DNA from: an uncultured bacterium
GTDB taxonomy: Bacteria > Edwardsbacteria > AC1 > EtOH8
Direction: 5' to 3'
NCBI GenBank assembly: GCA_964518765.1
Contig: CAZFJC010000009.1
Span: 29,584-93,583 of the forward strand
DNA length: 64,000 nt
Shown here in pieces: positions 60,623 through 64,000 of this stretch. Every line of letters begins with the position of its first letter. The first letter of the stretch is position 1. The position numbers and the translations under genes are program-made. Under the pieces are notes generated by a model that searched no databases, had not been told where the DNA came from, and worked only from the letters and a program-made list of their open reading frames with translations.

Positions 60623-61579
60623 TTAGCCTTCCTTCCTGGTGGCCTCGGCCACCGCCGCCACCTCGCCGCCGGTCAGCAGGTAGAGCACCGCCATCCGCAC
60701 CGCCACCCCATTGGTCACCTGGTCCAGGATGACCGATCTTGTCCCGTCGGCCACCTTAGGGTCTATCTCGACGCCGCGGTTCATGGGCCCGGGGTGCATA
60801 ATGGTGACGTCGGGCTTGGCCCCTTTCAGCCGTTCCTCGGTGACGCAGAACAGGCGGGAGTATTCGCGCAGGGTGGGCAGCAGGCCCTTCTTCTGGCGCT
60901 CCAGCTGGAGCCTCAGGATGTTGACCACATCGGCCCACTCCAGGGCCTCCTCGAGTTTATAGAAGATCTTGACCCCCAGCTCTTCGATGCCGATGGGTAT
61001 CAGGGTGGACGGCCCGCAGACCGCCACCTTGGCTCCCAGCTTGGTCAGGCCGTGGATATTGGAGCGGGCCACCCGGGAGTGGGTGACGTCGCCTACTATC
61101 AGCACGTTCAGGCCCGAAAGCTTGCCCCGCCTCTCCCGCATGGTGAACATATCCAGCAGCCCCTGGGTGGGGTGGGCGTGCTGGCCGTCGCCGGCGTTGA
61201 CCACCCCGGCCTTTATCCGCCGGGCCAGGAAGTGGGGGGCCCCGGAGGACGAGTGGCGGATGACCACCAGGTCTATCTTCATGGCCTCCAGGTTTCGGGC
61301 CGTGTCCAGCAAAGTCTCGCCCTTGGTGACCGCCGAGGTCTTGGGGGAGATGTTGACGGTGTCGGCCATCAGCCTCTTGGCGGCCATGTCGAAGGAGCTG
61401 GAGGTACGGGTGGAGGGCTCGAAGAACATGTTGACCACGGTCCTGCCGCGGAGGATGGGCACCTTCTTAATAGGCCGGTCCAGCACCTCCCGGAAGCTCT
61501 TGGCCGTGTCCAGCACCATGTTTATCTCACCGGCCGAGAGCGACTCCAGATCCAAAAGGTCCTTTCTATTCCACTTCAT
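60623..61579 (-). CDS. pyrB: aspartate carbamoyltransferase catalytic subunit
   Basis: STRTR carbamoyl-phosphate-binding motif; HPxQ and HPGP motifs. Confidence 0.95.
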   Translation of the reverse strand: MKWNRKDLLDLESLSAGEINMVLDTAKSFREVLDRPIKKVPILRGRTVVNMFFEPSTRTSSSFDMAAKRLMADTVNISPKTSAVTKGETLLDTARNLEAMKIDLVVIRHSSSGAPHFLARRIKAGVVNAGDGQHAHPTQGLLDMFTMRERRGKLSGLNVLIVGDVTHSRVARSNIHGLTKLGAKVAVCGPSTLIPIGIEELGVKIFYKLEEALEWADVVNILRLQLERQKKGLLPTLREYSRLFCVTEERLKGAKPDVTIMHPGPMNRGVEIDPKVADGTRSVILDQVTNGVAVRMAVLYLLTGGEVAAVAEATRKEG

Positions 61580-62120
61580 CCGCCTTCTCCTTGATGATCA
61601 CCTTCACCTCCCCGTCCTCCTCCATAGTCTTCACCCCGATGATCTCCTTCTGCGAGGTGGGCACGTTCTTGCCCACGTAGTCGGCCTTGATGGGCAGCTC
61701 CCGGTGGCCCCGGTCGATGAGCACCGCCAGCTCCACCCGCTTGGGACGGCCGAAGTCCAGGATCTCGTCCAGGGCCGCCCGCACCGTGCGCCCGGTGTAG
61801 AGGACGTCGTCCACCAGCACCACCACCTTGTTGGTGACGTCGTGGTTGAGCTCGGTCTGGTTGACCACCGGCTGGTGGGCGATGGTTTGCAGGTCGTCGC
61901 GGTAGAAGGTGATGTCCAGGGCGCCGTATGGCACCTCGGTCTTCTCGATCTCCCCGATCATCCTGGCTATCTTGCGCCCCAGGCTGTCGCCCCGGCGCTT
62001 GATGCCCACTATCAGCAGGTCCTGGGTTCCCTTGTTCTTCTCTACGATCTCGTGGGCGATGCGGGTCAGGGCTCGCTCCACCGATTTGGCGTCCATGATG
62101 ACCGCCTTCTGTTTGGTCAT
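61566..62120 (-). CDS. pyrR: bifunctional pyrimidine operon attenuation regulator / uracil phosphoribosyltransferase
   Basis: PRTase motif [13 protein letters not shown]; about 180 aa; first gene of the pyrR-pyrB-pyrC arrangement. Confidence 0.9.
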   Translation of the reverse strand: MTKQKAVIMDAKSVERALTRIAHEIVEKNKGTQDLLIVGIKRRGDSLGRKIARMIGEIEKTEVPYGALDITFYRDDLQTIAHQPVVNQTELNHDVTNKVVVLVDDVLYTGRTVRAALDEILDFGRPKRVELAVLIDRGHRELPIKADYVGKNVPTSQKEIIGVKTMEEDGEVKVIIKEKADEVE

Positions 62121-62344
62121 GGTCCCCTCCGTATGTTAAATTAATATTACTGCTCAGGTCCCGCACTTCGATATGCCCGCCGGGTCTCGAAGATCACCTG
62201 GTTCAAACATAAGTACAGCCGCCGATGGCCGAGTAAGCCGCCGTCTCGATACGCCCGCTATCGGCGGACTACTCGACGTGAGGCTGTATCGAGGCCAGGT
62301 AGCCGTATCGTTATCCGGCGGACAATGCAACGACGGCCGGGCAA

Positions 62345-62380
62345 GAAAAAAGCCCCCGGCTCCCTTGGGGAACCGGAGGC
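62345..62380 (-). terminator. attenuator terminator in the pyr leader
   Basis: Minus-strand RNA GCCUCCGG-N13-CCGGGGGC followed by UUUUUUCUU, about 230 nt upstream of the pyrR ATG. Confidence 0.6.
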
Positions 62381-62418
62381 TTCTTTATGTGATTTGGAGA
62401 TCGGCATCATGGTCCTTT

Positions 62419-62436
62419 CTGACCTCACGGGATCAG
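62419..62436 (-). promoter_or_regulatory. PyrR-binding (anti-antiterminator) stem-loop CUGA-UCCCGUGAGG-UCAG in the pyr leader
   Basis: The loop matches the UCCNGNGAGG core of the conserved PyrR recognition motif and lies just upstream of the attenuator. Confidence 0.55.
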
Positions 62437-62459
62437 ATTTAAAGGTAACAACTATGGTT

Positions 62460-62488
62460 ATTATACCCTAGATCGGACGGGATGTCAA
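62460..62488 (-). promoter_or_regulatory. perfect-consensus sigma70 promoter TTGACA-N17-TATAAT for the pyr operon
   Basis: Exact hexamers and spacing, about 340 nt upstream of pyrR, in front of the PyrR box. Confidence 0.55.
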
Positions 62489-62504
62489 GGGTAAAGGAAG
62501 CCCC

Positions 62505-62639
62505 TCAGCCCGGCTCCCTTTTCACTGGCTCCCGGCTTTGTTTGACGACGGCCGCCCAAGCCGCCAGCGCCGCGGCCAGCATGGCCGCCGCCAGCCCGCC
62601 CAGCACCCACAGGCCTTTGTTGTTATTGGATGATTGCAT
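62505..62639 (-). CDS. possible small (44 aa) single-TM protein
   Basis: ATG with a hydrophobic core (GLWVLGGLAAAMLAAALAAWAAVV); below the ORF-track cutoff; the pyr promoter lies immediately 3' of it. Confidence 0.3.
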   Translation of the reverse strand: MQSSNNNKGLWVLGGLAAAMLAAALAAWAAVVKQSREPVKREPG

Positions 62640-62698
62640 AACGGTTTGACAGCGATTGGTTTTTCGGTTGGTCGAAAAGGGTGACGGGGTCAGGTCTG

Positions 62699-62911
62699 CT
62701 TGTCATCCTGAGAAGGCCCCTCGCCCTGCTGGTTGAAGGATGACGCTAGTAGTCACCCATTCGACTTGTCACGCAAAGCGCCGGGCTCAGGGTGACAGGG
62801 CGCTTCGTTCTCTGTCATCCTGAGATGCCTTGCCTGCCCGACAGATTGAAGGATGACTCTGTATGTCACCCGTTCGGCTTGCCGGGCACGATGCCATACT
62901 CAGGATGACAG
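62699..62911. repeat. two tandem copies (period about 112 bp) of a roughly 100-bp element with 13-bp terminal inverted repeats CTGTCATCCTGAG...CTCAGGATGACAG and a conserved core GTCACCCRTTCGRCTTG (MITE-like or structured RNA)
   Basis: Conserved blocks interleave with equal-length variable blocks in both copies; the internal GGATGAC can also pair with the 5' GTCATCC. Confidence 0.5.
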
Positions 62912-63246
62912 ATTAAAGTCCGATACCCGGTTCGCTCGGGCCAACGAAATGCGCCATATAAGAATACACCCGTACCTTTTGAAAATCAAGAAAAATGTTC
63001 GGGTGTTTTCCCGCCCCCTATTATCTCCATGCTGCTGGAGGGAAAAACACTTTTGTAACAATATTGCATCCATCTGCAATATTTTTCATCTGCGCCCTCC
63101 GGCGACCGTTGCTACCCATAAATGTATATTATTGCCGGGAAAGATGTTACATAACGGCATCAGTCGCGGGCATAAAAAATGCAATATAGACGGGAAATGC
63201 CGGTCCATTCATTAGCATACTATCTATTTCCCGAGAAAGGACATCC

Positions 63247-64000
63247 ATGCGTCATAACATTCGCGCGCTGACCGCCACCCTGTCCCTTCTTTTGGCGGTT
63301 CCGGCCCTGGGGGGTGAGTTATATCATGTGGTCGAATTCGACACGGGGAACTTGGTTTTCCAGAAAAACGGAGGGTACGACGTTGTAGGGCTTGTTGACG
63401 TTCCATCTTTCGGCCCCTCGGGCGCGCCGCGCCTGCCGAGGCTGGTCCAGCAGATCTCCATCCCGGCCGGAGCCGTGGTCACCGGGGTCGAGGTGGCCTC
63501 GAGTGATGTCATCGAGCTAGAGGGGACCTACGACGTGATCCCGGCCCAGAAGTCGGTGCCCCTGCCCATGCCGGGAAAGACGTTCGACATAAAGACGGTC
63601 GAGCCCGACCTGGCCATATACGACCGGAACGCCCTGTATCCGGAGAGGCAGGCCGAGGCCCTGTCCACCGGCAGTTTGGGCGGCTACCGCATCGGGCACG
63701 TGGCGGTCAATCCGGTGAGGTACAACCCGGCCACCAAGAAGCTTTACCTGGCCCGGAGCCTGACCCTCAGGATCAGCTATCGGGAAAATTGGGCCGAGGG
63801 CACCATCCCCACGGCCAGCCAGCAGGCGCTGTTCGGCTCGCAAGCCAGGGCCCTGGTGGCCAACCCCGGGGACGTGGACCGCTTCGCGCCGCGGGTGGAG
63901 AGGCGGGCCTCCAAGGCGCTCCCGGCCGGCGAGTACCGCTCGGTCATCATCTCCGGGCTGGCGGCCTACGACACGGTCTTCGCCCGGCTGGCGGCCTGGC
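63247..64000 (+). CDS. N-terminal part (signal peptide plus propeptide-like domain) of a gingipain-like peptidase family C25 protein; continues beyond the window
   Basis: Signal peptide MRHNIRALTATLSLLLAVPALG; C25 N-terminal-domain-like motifs (RIGHVAVNPVRYNP..KKLYLARSLTLRISY); open to the window end; the upstream region is AT-rich. Confidence 0.55.
   Translation, partial: MRHNIRALTATLSLLLAVPALGGELYHVVEFDTGNLVFQKNGGYDVVGLVDVPSFGPSGAPRLPRLVQQISIPAGAVVTGVEVASSDVIELEGTYDVIPAQKSVPLPMPGKTFDIKTVEPDLAIYDRNALYPERQAEALSTGSLGGYRIGHVAVNPVRYNPATKKLYLARSLTLRISYRENWAEGTIPTASQQALFGSQARALVANPGDVDRFAPRVERRASKALPAGEYRSVIISGLAAYDTVFARLAAW

Noticed and set aside
62173-62442. 89-aa plus-strand ORF inside the pyr leader
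   Set aside because: It overlaps the PyrR box and attenuator on the opposite strand and is composition-biased, so it is most likely non-coding.

Overview
GC-rich (about 60-65% by eye) bacterial chromosomal segment, densely coding, mostly on the minus strand. Most long opposite-strand or alternate-frame ORFs in the six-frame track are high-GC artefacts. The core is housekeeping: uvrA, queG, rpmF-plsX-fabH-fabD-fabG-acpP-fabF-rnc, ddl, pdxJ, aspS, hisS, hypFCDE, glnA, argR, thiL, ychF, hppA and pyrR-pyrB-pyrC. A likely exbB-exbD-exbD-tonB operon with TPR and PstS-like genes is also present. T9SS-type C-terminal sorting domains and a gingipain-like C25 peptidase fragment point to an FCB-group (Bacteroidota-related, probably uncultivated) lineage; this is inference. 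No rRNA, tRNA or CRISPR array was recognised. The accessory or unusual content is: (1) a six-gene operon of four cytoplasmic TPR proteins plus a sensor-less histidine kinase; (2) a cluster of thioredoxin-fold (Omp28-like) paralogs, two carrying T9SS tails, with TlpA, an OMP and a lipoprotein; (3) a small AT-rich DUF559-endonuclease cassette flanked by GC-rich palindromic inverted repeats, with solo repeat copies elsewhere; (4) an AT-rich PEGA-TonB_C gene; (5) tandem MITE-like or structured repeats near the pyr promoter; (6) a heptanucleotide microsatellite at the pyrB-pyrC junction; (7) several near-consensus sigma70 promoters, a classic PyrR attenuator and ARG boxes. Coordinates that I read off the printed sequence may be off by 1-2 nt.
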